A DNA stretch of 64,000 bases from an uncultured Christensenellaceae bacterium (GTDB lineage: Bacteria; Bacillota; Clostridia; Christensenellales; Borkfalkiaceae): the NCBI GenBank assembly GCA_910587005.1, contig CAJULB010000003.1, forward strand, positions 103,725 to 167,724. The letters are read 5' to 3'. The notes below the pieces were generated by a model. It had not been told where the DNA came from, did not search any database, and saw only the letters and a program-made list of their open reading frames with translations. A program made the position numbers and the translations under genes. This document shows, in pieces, positions 1 through 9,730 of this stretch. The number at the start of each line of letters is the position of its first letter. Position 1 is the first letter of the stretch.

Positions 1-2705
1 CAAACAAGAGCGGCGAATCCAAGCTGTATACCCAGCGCGCGCAGTCGGCAGTGGACAAGCTTGAAGCGGCGCGTAACGAGCTGAAATATTCCGCCCAGCG
101 TATCGACGAGATTGACCGCGACATAAGAAGAATAGAACAGCTTTCGGGCATAAACACAAAAAGAATTACCGAAGCAAGAGAAAATTCCGAAAAGCTCCGC
201 GCGGAAATTGCAGAGCTTTCCAAAAAAATATCCGACTACGAATATATGACGGGCGAACACCGCAAAAAGGTTTTGGACGCGTTTAAAGATTTATCGGAAA
301 TGCGCCAGAATATGGGCTCGCTTTCGGCACAGAAACAGCTTTTGGGCGAACGCCTTGCGCAGATTGAGGAGGATATGTCGCGTATCCGTACCCGCCGCGA
401 CGAGAGTAAACAAGCTTACGAACAGTGCATAGAGCGCGGAAACGGGCTTGCGCAGATGCTGGGCAACGAGGACGGACTGCTCGCCGAAGCCGAAGAAAAG
501 GTTAAAAAGAGCGAGGAGCGTATTCGGTTTTTAATCAATCAGATTTACGATACGCAGGCGCAGATTTCAAGCATAGGCGAAAGCCTTTTAACCTACCGCG
601 CCATAAGAGAGAGGTTCGAGGGCTACGGCTACTCGGTTAAAAACCTTATGAGCAGAGCTTCGCAGGATTTGGAGCTTTCCGCAAAAATCAAGGGGCTGAT
701 TGCCGACGTTATTTCGTGCGATAAGGAATACGAGGTCGCAATAGAAACGGCTTTCGGCGGGGCAATGCAAAATATTATAACGGGCACCCGCGACGACGCG
801 CGCGAATTGATTGAATTTTTAAAGCGCAACCGCATGGGTCAGGTTACGTTTTTGCCCATAGAAGCGCTTAAACCACGCTATGAAAACGAGCAGATTAAAA
901 TAGCCGTGCGCGACAAGGGCGCTTTGGGCTTTGCAATAGACCTTGTAAAATTCGATAAGCAGTACGAAAACGTTATACATAATCTTTTGGGCAATACTTT
1001 AATTGTGGACAATATCCAGAACGCCACGCAAATAGCCCGCCGTTATCCGCGCGCATTCAAAATTGTTACTTTGGAAGGCGACGTTATCGCAACAAGCGGT
1101 TCTATGACGGGCGGCAGCAAGCGCGAATCTGCGGGAAACCTGCTTGCCAACGAAAGAAGAATTAAAGAGCTTGAAGAAAGTCTTGAAGCAAAAAAACTGT
1201 TTTTGCACCGTGCGGACGGTAAGCGCGCCGAGCTTGAAGCGGCAAAAACCGAAGCCGACGGAGAGCTGACCGTTCTCAACAAAAAATTGCAGGACGCAAG
1301 GTTAGAGCTTGCTTCCATTACCGAAAAGCAGACCGCGCTTTTGCAGGCGGTAACTTCTGCCGAAAGCGAGTACGCGGCTTACGGACAGTCCGTTTCCGCT
1401 ATCCGCGAAAGGTTGAAGGGGCTTGACAGCGAGTATACGGGCGTATCCGCGGGCGCAAACGAGTTGACCTCGCAGTCGGACGCGGCTTCCTCGCAAATGG
1501 ACGATATGAGCGCGGAGTTCGATAAGCTTACCGAAGAGCGCAACGAAAAGACCGAAAGAATGAACGGTATGCTTGTTGACATAGCTTCTTTGGAAAGCGC
1601 GGTTTCGGCAAGCGTGGAAAACGTTGAACGGCTTAAACGCGAAAAAGCGGGGCTTTTGGAAAAAATAGAAAAGACCAACGCGACAATTCCCGCAATTCAG
1701 CGCGAAATAGATAATTTCAAAGCTCAGGCAGAGCGCACCGCGCTGACCGAGGAGGAGCAGGCGGTCGTAAACGATTTGCGCAAGCAGATACTTGAAGTCA
1801 CGGCTTCCAAAAACACGCTGAACGAGCGCATTAAGCAGATTGACCTTGAAAGATACAACAGCGCGGAGGAGCGCGAACAGCTTATAACCAAAACGCACAA
1901 CCTTGATTTGGCTTTGGCGAAAATCGACAGCGATTTGGAGGGCTTGCGCCAGAGAATAGAGGACGAGTACCAGCTCGATTACGACGGTTGTTTGCAGTAC
2001 AAGACCGAGGAGTTCGACCCGAGCCTGGCGGCTTCCAACATAGCCACCTGCAAGCGCAAAATTTCCGTGATAGGCGCGGTCAATCCCAACGCCGTGGAGG
2101 AGTACGACGAAGTCAGTGCGCGTTACGAAAAAATGTGCGCCGATAAAGAGGATATGGAAAAAGGGCTTGCCGATTTAACCGCGGCGCTTGACGATATCCG
2201 CGCGGAAATGCAGAAGATTTTCGACGAGGGCTTTAACCTTATTAATGAAAACTTCAAACGCACCTTTAAGGAGCTTTTCGGCGGCGGCAGAGCGGAATTA
2301 CAGCTTGACTACACCGACTGCGACGACCCGTTGAACGCGGGCGTGGATATTATAGCCTGTCCTCCGGGTAAAAAGCTTACCAAAATTTCGCTTTTGTCGG
2401 GCGGCGAGCGCGCGCTGACAGCTATTGCAATTCTGTTTGCAATTATCGGTATGCGCCCCATGCCGTTCTGCGTGCTTGACGAAATCGAAGCCGCGCTGGA
2501 CGAGGCGAACGTTGCGCGTTACGCTAAATATTTAAAGAAATTCGCGCAGAATACGCAGTTTATCGTCATTACGCACCGTAAGCCCACCATGGAAAACGCG
2601 GACATACTTTTCGGTGTAACAATGGAAGAAAAGGGCGTTTCAAAAGTCGTATCCGTCAAGCTTTCCGAAGTTGCGGAACGCCTCGGCGGCGATACTATAC
2701 AGTAA
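1..2705 (+). CDS. smc: Chromosome segregation protein SMC, C-terminal ~885 aa (5' end lies outside the window)
   Basis: Long E/K/L/Q-rich coiled-coil. C-terminal ABC signature 'LSGGERALTAIAILFAI' and Walker B 'FCVLDEIEAALD'. The frame is open from nt 3, upstream of the GTG at 51, so it is truncated by the window edge. Confidence 0.9.
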   Translation, partial: NKSGESKLYTQRAQSAVDKLEAARNELKYSAQRIDEIDRDIRRIEQLSGINTKRITEARENSEKLRAEIAELSKKISDYEYMTGEHRKKVLDAFKDLSEMRQNMGSLSAQKQLLGERLAQIEEDMSRIRTRRDESKQAYEQCIERGNGLAQMLGNEDGLLAEAEEKVKKSEERIRFLINQIYDTQAQISSIGESLLTYRAIRERFEGYGYSVKNLMSRASQDLELSAKIKGLIADVISCDKEYEVAIETAFGGAMQNIITGTRDDARELIEFLKRNRMGQVTFLPIEALKPRYENEQIKIAVRDKGALGFAIDLVKFDKQYENVIHNLLGNTLIVDNIQNATQIARRYPRAFKIVTLEGDVIATSGSMTGGSKRESAGNLLANERRIKELEESLEAKKLFLHRADGKRAELEAAKTEADGELTVLNKKLQDARLELASITEKQTALLQAVTSAESEYAAYGQSVSAIRERLKGLDSEYTGVSAGANELTSQSDAASSQMDDMSAEFDKLTEERNEKTERMNGMLVDIASLESAVSASVENVERLKREKAGLLEKIEKTNATIPAIQREIDNFKAQAERTALTEEEQAVVNDLRKQILEVTASKNTLNERIKQIDLERYNSAEEREQLITKTHNLDLALAKIDSDLEGLRQRIEDEYQLDYDGCLQYKTEEFDPSLAASNIATCKRKISVIGAVNPNAVEEYDEVSARYEKMCADKEDMEKGLADLTAALDDIRAEMQKIFDEGFNLINENFKRTFKELFGGGRAELQLDYTDCDDPLNAGVDIIACPPGKKLTKISLLSGGERALTAIAILFAIIGMRPMPFCVLDEIEAALDEANVARYAKYLKKFAQNTQFIVITHRKPTMENADILFGVTMEEKGVSKVVSVKLSEVAERLGGDTIQ

Positions 2706-2717
2706 TAAGGTTTTTCT

Positions 2718-3614
2718 ATGGGATTATTTTCTAAATTAAAAAACGCATTAAAAAAGACGAGGGACAATCTTTCGTCCGCGCTTTCAAATCTGTTTTCAAA
2801 AAATAAATTAGGCGACGAGTTTTACGAGGAGCTTGAAGAAATTTTAATCGGCGCAGACATTTCGGTTACTACCGCCGAGGACGTGGTGGAAGAAATCCGC
2901 GCCGAAGCCAAGCACGAAAAACTGCGCGATAAGCAGTTTGTTACCGACTTATTAAAAGACGTTCTGGAAGAAAAACTGACCGAAGCGGAAATTCCCGAAA
3001 TAAAATATCCCGCCGTTATTATGCTTGTGGGCGTCAACGGCGTCGGCAAAACTACCACAGTCGGCAAGCTTGCAAACTACTTTTTAAGACAGGGCAAAAC
3101 CGTTACCGTGGCGGCGGCGGATACCTTCCGCGCGGCGGCGGCAGACCAGCTTACCGTCTGGGCGGAAAGGGCTAAGGTGCGCATTGTCAAACACGAGGAG
3201 GGCAGCGACCCCTCTGCGGTTGTTTTCGACGCGCTGACCTCGGCAAAGGCAAAGGGCACGGACGTTGTAATTATAGACACAGCGGGCAGACTCCACGTCA
3301 AGGCGCATTTAATGGAAGAACTTAAAAAGATGTCGCGCGTGGTGGAAAGGGAGTGCCCGAACGCGAATTTCTATAAATTTTTGATTCTGGACGCAACTAC
3401 GGGCAACAACGCAATCTCGCAGGCGGAAATCTTCGACGAGGCGGTGGAGCTTGACGGAATTGTGCTTACCAAGCTTGACAGCTCTGCAAAAGGCGGGTTT
3501 GTAATTTCGCTTTGCGGCGAGCTTCAAATCCCCGTGGTGTTTACGGGCGTCGGCGAAAAAATGGAAGATTTGGAAGCGTTCGACGCGGAAGAATTTATTG
3601 ACGGAATACTTTAA
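2718..3614 (+). CDS. ftsY: Signal recognition particle receptor FtsY
   Basis: SRP-GTPase motifs 'GVNGVGKTTTVGKLA', 'DTAGR' and 'TKLD'. Sits directly after smc, the usual Firmicutes arrangement. Confidence 0.9.
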   Translation: MGLFSKLKNALKKTRDNLSSALSNLFSKNKLGDEFYEELEEILIGADISVTTAEDVVEEIRAEAKHEKLRDKQFVTDLLKDVLEEKLTEAEIPEIKYPAVIMLVGVNGVGKTTTVGKLANYFLRQGKTVTVAAADTFRAAAADQLTVWAERAKVRIVKHEEGSDPSAVVFDALTSAKAKGTDVVIIDTAGRLHVKAHLMEELKKMSRVVERECPNANFYKFLILDATTGNNAISQAEIFDEAVELDGIVLTKLDSSAKGGFVISLCGELQIPVVFTGVGEKMEDLEAFDAEEFIDGIL

Positions 3615-3674
3615 AACGCGTTAAACTAAGGTATATTGCGGGGGCAATTAATAAATAAGATAGAAATAAGAAAC

Positions 3675-3712
3675 GGCGCGGAAGTTATTTTTACTTCCGC
3701 GCCGCCCTTTTT
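3675..3712 (+). terminator. Rho-independent terminator after ftsY, possibly bidirectional
   Basis: 11-bp stem GGCGCGGAAGT/ACTTCCGCGCC (3675-3685 / 3693-3703) followed by a T-run at 3708-3712. An A-rich tract on the other side could serve the convergent minus-strand genes. Confidence 0.7.
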
Positions 3713-3873
3713 GCGATTAAGTTGTAAAGTTACACTCATTCGGGGCGATTGCCCCGCGAATATGCCTTATTCAAAGCGCAAACGATTATAAATCGTCCAC
3801 GTCCTGAACGGGCTTTCCGCCGTCTATGGGCGTACCCGTGTAACTTCCGTTGGGGTCAAAACAGTCTTTAAAC

Positions 3874-3996
3874 TTATTTGCAGTTTTTCGAGTTCTTTTT
3901 GCCACAACCCTTACCGCCGCAGTTCTTTACGCTCTTGTTTTCGCTGCCTGTGTTTTTAGATACATTCTTTTCTTTGTTTTCGTTGGTCTTTCTCAT
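3874..3996 (-). CDS. Lys/Asn-rich micro-ORF of 40 aa, translationally coupled to rubrerythrin
   Basis: Its ATG (3996-3994) overlaps the rubrerythrin TGA in an ATGA arrangement. An AAAAGGAGAAAAT RBS lies inside the rubrerythrin 3' end. Product: MRKTNENKEKNVSKNTGSENKSVKNCGGKGCGKKNSKNCK. Not on the ORF track because it is too short. May be a frameshifted part of a ~69-aa gene (see findings). Confidence 0.3.
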   Translation of the reverse strand: MRKTNENKEKNVSKNTGSENKSVKNCGGKGCGKKNSKNCK

Positions 3997-4589
3997 ATTT
4001 TCTCCTTTTCAAACGGGATATGCAACAAAACTTCGCCCTGACTTGCCTGGCAAAGCGGGCATTTATCCCACGCTTTAGTGGAAGTGTGCATATAACCGCA
4101 ATCACCGCAAATATATAAAATGGGCGATTCGTTACTGTACAGCTTTCCCTTAGAGAACGCTTCGTGAAGGTATCTGAAAATCATTTCGTGATGCACTTCA
4201 ACCTTAGCAACAAGCTTGAAAAGGGAGGCAATATCCTTAAAACCTTCGTCTTCTGCGTCCTTGGCAAACGCGGGGTAAATTACGGAATGTTCTTCATGCT
4301 CGTCGTCAGCGGCAAATTTCAGACTTTCGGCAATGTCGCCCCCGTGATAGGGATAACCTGCGTCAATGTTGATATTGTCAAGGTACTGACCGCGTTTTTG
4401 AAGCTCTTCCATAAATCTTCTCGCATGCACGGTTTCGTTCTTGGCAAGAACTTTCACAGCGTCAGCAAGGGCAACGTAGCCCTGCTGGTTAGCCGCGCGG
4501 GCAATAAGCTGATAGCGCATACCCGCCTGACTTTCGCCTGCAAAACTTCTTGCAAGATTTTTGTAAGTTTTGGTTTCGTCAAATTGCAT
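3993..4589 (-). CDS. rbr: Rubrerythrin (diiron ferritin-like domain plus C-terminal rubredoxin-like CxxC...CxxC)
   Basis: 'FAGESQAGMRYQ', E..H diiron motifs, and C-terminal 'CGDCGY...CPLCQ'. Start trimmed from the track ORF (4697) to the ATG at 4589, which has a GGAGGA RBS 5 nt upstream. Confidence 0.85.
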   Translation of the reverse strand: MQFDETKTYKNLARSFAGESQAGMRYQLIARAANQQGYVALADAVKVLAKNETVHARRFMEELQKRGQYLDNINIDAGYPYHGGDIAESLKFAADDEHEEHSVIYPAFAKDAEDEGFKDIASLFKLVAKVEVHHEMIFRYLHEAFSKGKLYSNESPILYICGDCGYMHTSTKAWDKCPLCQASQGEVLLHIPFEKEKI

Positions 4590-5055
4590 ATCTATCCTCC
4601 GTCTGCAAATTATTGTGGACGAACCGCCGTGTTTTATGCGCTTTTTTCCGTTTCCATATTTTGTAATTTGACAGCGGTAAAAAAATTTTCCGCGCATATA
4701 TAATAGTGAATAAAACGCGCTGAAGCTATATTCTTACCTTTAAACGCCTGTTCCGCAGTTTGCTGTTTTGCGCCTGCTCGCTTGCGCCCTTGCTGATATT
4801 TGCATTACGGCGTTTTCACTGCAACCGAAGAAAAAAAAGGGCGGACTTAAATCCGTTTGCCTTGCGGAGGAGGACTTGGGCGGGGTTAAGCTTGTCTATC
4901 TCGCGCTGAAAGGCTTCGAACATTACGTAACCTTTTACGCAAAGCCGGAACAAAAATTCTTTTCCGTTAAAAAGCTTAAAATTTCCGTTGCGCAGGAGGG
5001 AATTTCAATAGAAAAACCTTTGCGGTAAAAATTTTGTGCCGTGCTTGCGCGTTTT

Positions 5056-5937
5056 TTAAGGCAGGGCAGAGGAGCACTCTATAATTTCACATTCGGTTAA
5101 AGTGGGGTTGCCTTCTAAGCTTTTTCTGCTTAAAAACGCCTCGTCGATTACATAATCGCGCGGAATATTCGTGGGCGTATATCCCGTTATATCTTTAAAA
5201 ACGCGGTTGAAGTTTCTTATAGTGGAAAAACCGCATAGGCTTGCAATGTCCGTTACGGGCATAGGCTCGTTTGCGTGAAGTATGTTGACTGCTTTGCTTA
5301 TCCTTATATAGTTAAGATAGCGCGAAAAAGGCACGCCCGCTATTTTATGGAAAAACCTTGAAAAGTAGGCTTCGTTCATTCCCATAAAGTCCGCCGCGCT
5401 TTCAAAGGTGAAAAATTCGTAATTTTCGCTTATAATATCCAAAAGATGTTTAAACTTTTCGGTAGTCTGTTTTTGTTTTGTTCGGGGAACGGTCTGTTCG
5501 CTTCGGAATATGTCCAGAACGAATTTTGCAACCGCAATTTCCGCTTCTGTTTCGTAAAATTCCGATTTTTCAAGCAGTATGTTTTTAAGCGATTCGTACA
5601 ATCCGGCAACGTTGTAGTCGCGCGTCAGTAAGGGCGAAGCAAGCAGTTTTTCGCCCGCGAACGGCTTAATTATACCGTAGGTGAAAAATACTGTGGTCAG
5701 GATATTGTCGGGCTGTTCGGCGCGGATATAATGTAGCTGTTCGCTGTCTATAAAAAACGCCTGACCGCAGTTTAAGCGGTATACGTTTTTGTCGCACATT
5801 ATCTCGAAAGACCCTTTTTCGGAATACACCAGCTCGCAATCGGTATGCCAGTGCGAAAGGTTTTGCGAGTTCCGGTATTTGCCTACCCATACTTTTTCGT
5901 TTTTGCCGTAATAGCGTATCTCGTGTTTGATTTGCAT
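5056..5937 (-). CDS. AraC-family transcriptional regulator (cupin sensor plus HTH), divergent from the gal operon
   Basis: N-terminal cupin-like region. C-terminal AraC HTH ('FSRFFHKIAGVPFSRYLNYIRISKAV', 'GFSTIRNFNRVFKDITGYTP'). Confidence 0.85.
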   Translation of the reverse strand: MQIKHEIRYYGKNEKVWVGKYRNSQNLSHWHTDCELVYSEKGSFEIMCDKNVYRLNCGQAFFIDSEQLHYIRAEQPDNILTTVFFTYGIIKPFAGEKLLASPLLTRDYNVAGLYESLKNILLEKSEFYETEAEIAVAKFVLDIFRSEQTVPRTKQKQTTEKFKHLLDIISENYEFFTFESAADFMGMNEAYFSRFFHKIAGVPFSRYLNYIRISKAVNILHANEPMPVTDIASLCGFSTIRNFNRVFKDITGYTPTNIPRDYVIDEAFLSRKSLEGNPTLTECEIIECSSALP

Positions 5938-6040
5938 AGTATAATTTTATTGTAGCTTAACTTTTAATCGCTGTCAATGCGTAAAGGCGCACAAAAGCGC
6001 AAAAAAGTAAAAAAATGTCTATAATCGGTAAATTGATTGC

Positions 6041-6069
6041 TTGAAACCGCTTGCCGTATGTTTTATTAT
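6041..6069 (+). promoter_or_regulatory. Candidate sigma-A promoter of the gal operon
   Basis: TTGAAA (6041-6046), 17-nt spacer, TATTAT (6064-6069), 28 nt upstream of the galT ATG. Confidence 0.4.
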
Positions 6070-6096
6070 TAAGGTAAGAAATAATAGGGGTGTACA

Positions 6097-7566
6097 ATGA
6101 AAAACGTTTACGACAGCATTGACAAGCTTGTTGCATATGCAAAAGGCAATCTTTTTCTCGATGACAGAAACGCAGATTTCGTCAAAAACGGCATTTTCCG
6201 CATTTTCGGACTGAACAGCTATGAAAACGGCAATTCTTCTAAAAATATTTCCGATAGCGTTCCCGATGAAATTCTTTCCGGATTTGTAAAAGCGTGCGTT
6301 TGTGCAGGGCTTTTCTGTGAGGAAGAGAGCGAATATTACTGCGACGCGGTTATGGGTGAATTAATGCTTCAACCCAAACAGCTTGAAGACATTTTCAACG
6401 GAATTTACATAAAAGACGGTGCAAAGGCGGCAACGCAGTGGTTTTACGATTATTGCGTTAAATGTGATTACGTCAAAAAATCAAAGCTCGATAAAAACCC
6501 GCGTTTCGAGCAGGACGGACTGATTATAACGATAAATAAAGCCAAACCCGAATTCCGCGACCCCAAAAAGGCGGCGGCGGGCAACTCGGTTGCTGGCGGG
6601 TACCCCAAATGCAGTATCTGCCACGAAAACGAGGGCTTTGCGGGCAGAAGCAAGCGCACTTTGCGCACCGTCAACCTCACGCTCGGCGGACAGGAATGGT
6701 TTTGGCAGTTTTCGCCCTACGGATATTTTTATCAGCACGGAATAGCGGTCAATTACGAGCACACTCCCATGCACGTTGATAAATCTACGTTTACCCGCCT
6801 TATGGACTTTGTTGACTTGTATCCGCATTACTTTATCGGTTGCAACGCGCCGTTGCCGAGGATAGGCGGAAGCGTGCTTGCCCACGACCATTATCAGGGC
6901 GGGGGCGAGGTTCTGCCCATGCACAAGGCAAAAGCGGCGTTCACGCTTAAAAGCAAAAACCACCCCGACGCCGTTATAGAGGTTTTGGACTGGGCGGGAA
7001 CGGTTATCCGCGTCGTTTCAAAAAACCGCGCTTCAATCGAGGATATATCCGAGGCTATCCGCGCGAAATGGGTTGCTTACGAAAATAAAGCTTTGGGAAT
7101 TATTCCCCAAGACAAGGACGGAATTCACAGTGCAATCAGCCCCACGGTTATAAAGACCGCGCGCGGGTACGAAATGAGTAATATTCTGCGCAGTAACATA
7201 ACAAACGAAAAGTACCCCGACGGAATCTTCCATGCCCACCCCGAATTCCATATAATCAAAAAGGAAAGCATAGGGCTAATCGAGGCGCAGGGGCTGTTTA
7301 TTCTCCCCGGAAGGTTGGAGGGCGAGCTTGCGGAAATCGAAAAGCTGATTGAAAGCGGAAAGCCGCTGCCCCCCGAATATGCGCCGTTTAAGCTTGTTTA
7401 CGACGAGGCTTCGGCAATTTACGGCAACGCGCCGAAGCAGGGCGCGCACACGGCAATGCGCAAAGAGTTAGGCAGTATATGTAACCGTATACTTGAAAAT
7501 ACCGCCGTATTCAAGGACAAAAAATTGACGGTTGAATTTTTAAAAGGGTTGGGTTATACTTTATGA
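6097..7566 (+). CDS. galT: UDP-glucose--hexose-1-phosphate uridylyltransferase (long Firmicutes-type GalT)
   Basis: ~490-aa type-2 GalT architecture with 'CSICHENEG' and 'HDHYQGG' motifs. Stop overlaps the galK start. Confidence 0.88.
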   Translation: MKNVYDSIDKLVAYAKGNLFLDDRNADFVKNGIFRIFGLNSYENGNSSKNISDSVPDEILSGFVKACVCAGLFCEEESEYYCDAVMGELMLQPKQLEDIFNGIYIKDGAKAATQWFYDYCVKCDYVKKSKLDKNPRFEQDGLIITINKAKPEFRDPKKAAAGNSVAGGYPKCSICHENEGFAGRSKRTLRTVNLTLGGQEWFWQFSPYGYFYQHGIAVNYEHTPMHVDKSTFTRLMDFVDLYPHYFIGCNAPLPRIGGSVLAHDHYQGGGEVLPMHKAKAAFTLKSKNHPDAVIEVLDWAGTVIRVVSKNRASIEDISEAIRAKWVAYENKALGIIPQDKDGIHSAISPTVIKTARGYEMSNILRSNITNEKYPDGIFHAHPEFHIIKKESIGLIEAQGLFILPGRLEGELAEIEKLIESGKPLPPEYAPFKLVYDEASAIYGNAPKQGAHTAMRKELGSICNRILENTAVFKDKKLTVEFLKGLGYTL

Positions 7567-8687
7567 TAAACGAAAAGGATTACGAATTTAAAATTACCGC
7601 CGCCGGCAGGGTTAATATAATAGGCGAGCATATAGATTACTGCGGAGGCAAGGTTTTTCCCGCCGCGCTTTCGCTTAAAAACACGGTATATGTGCGGGGC
7701 AACGGCACTGATAAGATAAATTTAAGCTGGACTACTCTGCCCGACAAGGTAAGCCTTGATACCGAAAATTTACTTCAATACAAATCGCTGAAATACGGCA
7801 ACTACCAGGCTGGCAGCGCGCTTATGTGGCAACAGTCGGGCAAAAAGCTTGTCGGTTGCGATATGGTTCAGGACTGCACCGTCCCGTTCGGCAGCGGACT
7901 TTCGTCCTCGGCGGCAATAGAAGTTTCAACCATAGCCGCGCTTGCCGCGGTTGCGGGCGAGGAAATCGAACCCGTCAATATCGCCTTGCTTGCGCAGAAA
8001 GCCGAACGCGAGTTTGCGGGCGTAAACTGCGGAATAATGGACCAGTACGCTTCCGCCTGCGGCAAAAAAGGCAACGCAATGCTTTTGGACTGCAAGACTT
8101 TGGAATGTAAGTACGTTCCCGTAAAAATGGGCGCGTATTCGCTGGTAATAATCAACTGCAACAAGCCCCACAACCTTGTGGAAAGCAAGTATAACGAGCG
8201 CCGCGCCGAAACGGACGAGGGGCTTAAAATTCTTAAAGAAATCGCTGGAATATCCTGTCTTGCCGATTTAACCGTAAAACAGTTTGACAGATGCGCTTCT
8301 TTATTGCACAATAAAATAAGATACCGCGTAAAACACGTTGTAGAGGAGTGCGAAAGGGTTAACCTTGCGCAAAAGGCAATGAGGGCGGGCGATATGTTAA
8401 CGCTGGGCAATCTTTTAAATGAATCGCACACCTCGCTAAGATACTTGTACGAGGTTACGGGTAAAGAGCTTGACGCGCTTGCAACGGCGGCGCAGAGCCA
8501 CCCCGCGTGCGCGGGCTCGCGAATGACGGGCGGCGGCTTCGGCGGATGCACTATTTCGATTGTAAAAACCGAGGCGGTTGAGGACTTCAAAAAATACGTC
8601 CTTGAAAAGTATGAAAAGGCGACGGGTTATAAAGCTACCTGTTACGACGCTGAAATCTCGGACGGAATAACGGTACAAAAAATATAA
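7563..8687 (+). CDS. galK: Galactokinase
   Basis: GHMP kinase/galactokinase signatures 'GRVNIIGEHIDYCGG' and 'PFGSGLSSSAA'. Confidence 0.9.
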   Translation: MINEKDYEFKITAAGRVNIIGEHIDYCGGKVFPAALSLKNTVYVRGNGTDKINLSWTTLPDKVSLDTENLLQYKSLKYGNYQAGSALMWQQSGKKLVGCDMVQDCTVPFGSGLSSSAAIEVSTIAALAAVAGEEIEPVNIALLAQKAEREFAGVNCGIMDQYASACGKKGNAMLLDCKTLECKYVPVKMGAYSLVIINCNKPHNLVESKYNERRAETDEGLKILKEIAGISCLADLTVKQFDRCASLLHNKIRYRVKHVVEECERVNLAQKAMRAGDMLTLGNLLNESHTSLRYLYEVTGKELDALATAAQSHPACAGSRMTGGGFGGCTISIVKTEAVEDFKKYVLEKYEKATGYKATCYDAEISDGITVQKI

Positions 8688-8711
8688 AGAACGGAAAAGG
8701 AGCGGAAAAAT

Positions 8712-9728
8712 ATGAAAATTCTTGTAACCGGCGGCGCGGGCTATATCGGCTCGCATACATGTGTGGAGCTTTTAAACGGCGGGCACGAGGTTGTCGTTGT
8801 AGACAATCTTTGCAATGCGTCGAGGGAAAGCCTGAATCGCGTAGTTAAAATCACGGGCAAAAAACTTAAATTCTACAATGCGGACGTGCGCAACGCCTGC
8901 GCAATGGATAAAATCTTTGCGGATAACAAAATCGACTGGGTTATCCACTTTGCAGGGCTTAAAGCCGTGGGTGAAAGCTGTGCAAAACCCGTGGAATATT
9001 ACGATAACAACCTTAACGGCACGCTTGTGCTTTTGCAGGCAATGCGCGCGCACGGCTGTAAAAAGATAGTTTTCTCGTCCTCGGCAACAGTTTACGGCGA
9101 CCCCGAAGTGCTTCCGCTTACCGAAGAATGCAAAACGGGCGGTACAACCAACCCTTACGGCACAAGCAAGTATTTTCAGGAAATTATGCTCGGCGACGTC
9201 TATAAATCGGACAACGAGTGGACGGTTGTTCTTTTAAGGTATTTCAACCCCGTCGGCGCGCACAAAAGCGGGCTTATAGGCGAAGACCCTAAGGGCGTTC
9301 CCAACAACCTTACGCCGTATATTGCTAAGGTTGCCATCGGCGAGCTGAAAGAAGTAGGGGTTTTCGGCAACGATTACAAAACCCACGACGGCACGGGCGT
9401 GCGCGATTACATACACGTAGTAGACCTTGCCAAAGGGCACGTCGCCGCAATAGAAAACATTTTAAAGAACGGCGTTTACACTTACAACCTCGGCACGGGC
9501 GTAGGGTACAGCGTTTTAGACGTAATTCACGCGTTTGAAAAGGCTTGCGGACACGCGTTGCCCTACGTTATCAAGCCCCGCCGCGCAGGCGATATTGCGG
9601 CTTGCTATGCGGACGCTTCAAAAGCGAAGAAAGAACTCGGCTGGCAGGCGGAGCTGGGCATTGACGAAATGTGCGCCTCGCTCTGGCACTGGCAGCAGCT
9701 TAACCCCAACGGTTATAACGGCAAATAA
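8712..9728 (+). CDS. galE: UDP-glucose 4-epimerase
   Basis: 'MKILVTGGAGYIGSH' Rossmann motif, 'YGTSK' catalytic motif, 338 aa. Confidence 0.92.
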   Translation: MKILVTGGAGYIGSHTCVELLNGGHEVVVVDNLCNASRESLNRVVKITGKKLKFYNADVRNACAMDKIFADNKIDWVIHFAGLKAVGESCAKPVEYYDNNLNGTLVLLQAMRAHGCKKIVFSSSATVYGDPEVLPLTEECKTGGTTNPYGTSKYFQEIMLGDVYKSDNEWTVVLLRYFNPVGAHKSGLIGEDPKGVPNNLTPYIAKVAIGELKEVGVFGNDYKTHDGTGVRDYIHVVDLAKGHVAAIENILKNGVYTYNLGTGVGYSVLDVIHAFEKACGHALPYVIKPRRAGDIAACYADASKAKKELGWQAELGIDEMCASLWHWQQLNPNGYNGK

Positions 9729-9730
9729 TT

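Noticed and set aside
3850-4078. Two overlapping plus-strand ORFs (63 and 66 aa)
   Set aside because: They are hydrophobic, low-complexity translations of the strand opposite the RBS-equipped minus-strand micro-ORF and the rubrerythrin 3' end. They have no RBS.
4768-5028. 86-aa plus-strand ORF between rubrerythrin and AraC
   Set aside because: It has a TTG start, no RBS and no recognisable family. It could be a gene fragment, but I cannot support a call.
7868-8590. 240-aa minus-strand ORF within galK, together with 36305..37012, 42236..42979, 55178..55672 and similar
   Set aside because: All are antisense shadows of confidently identified enzymes or transporters, and none has recognisable motifs.
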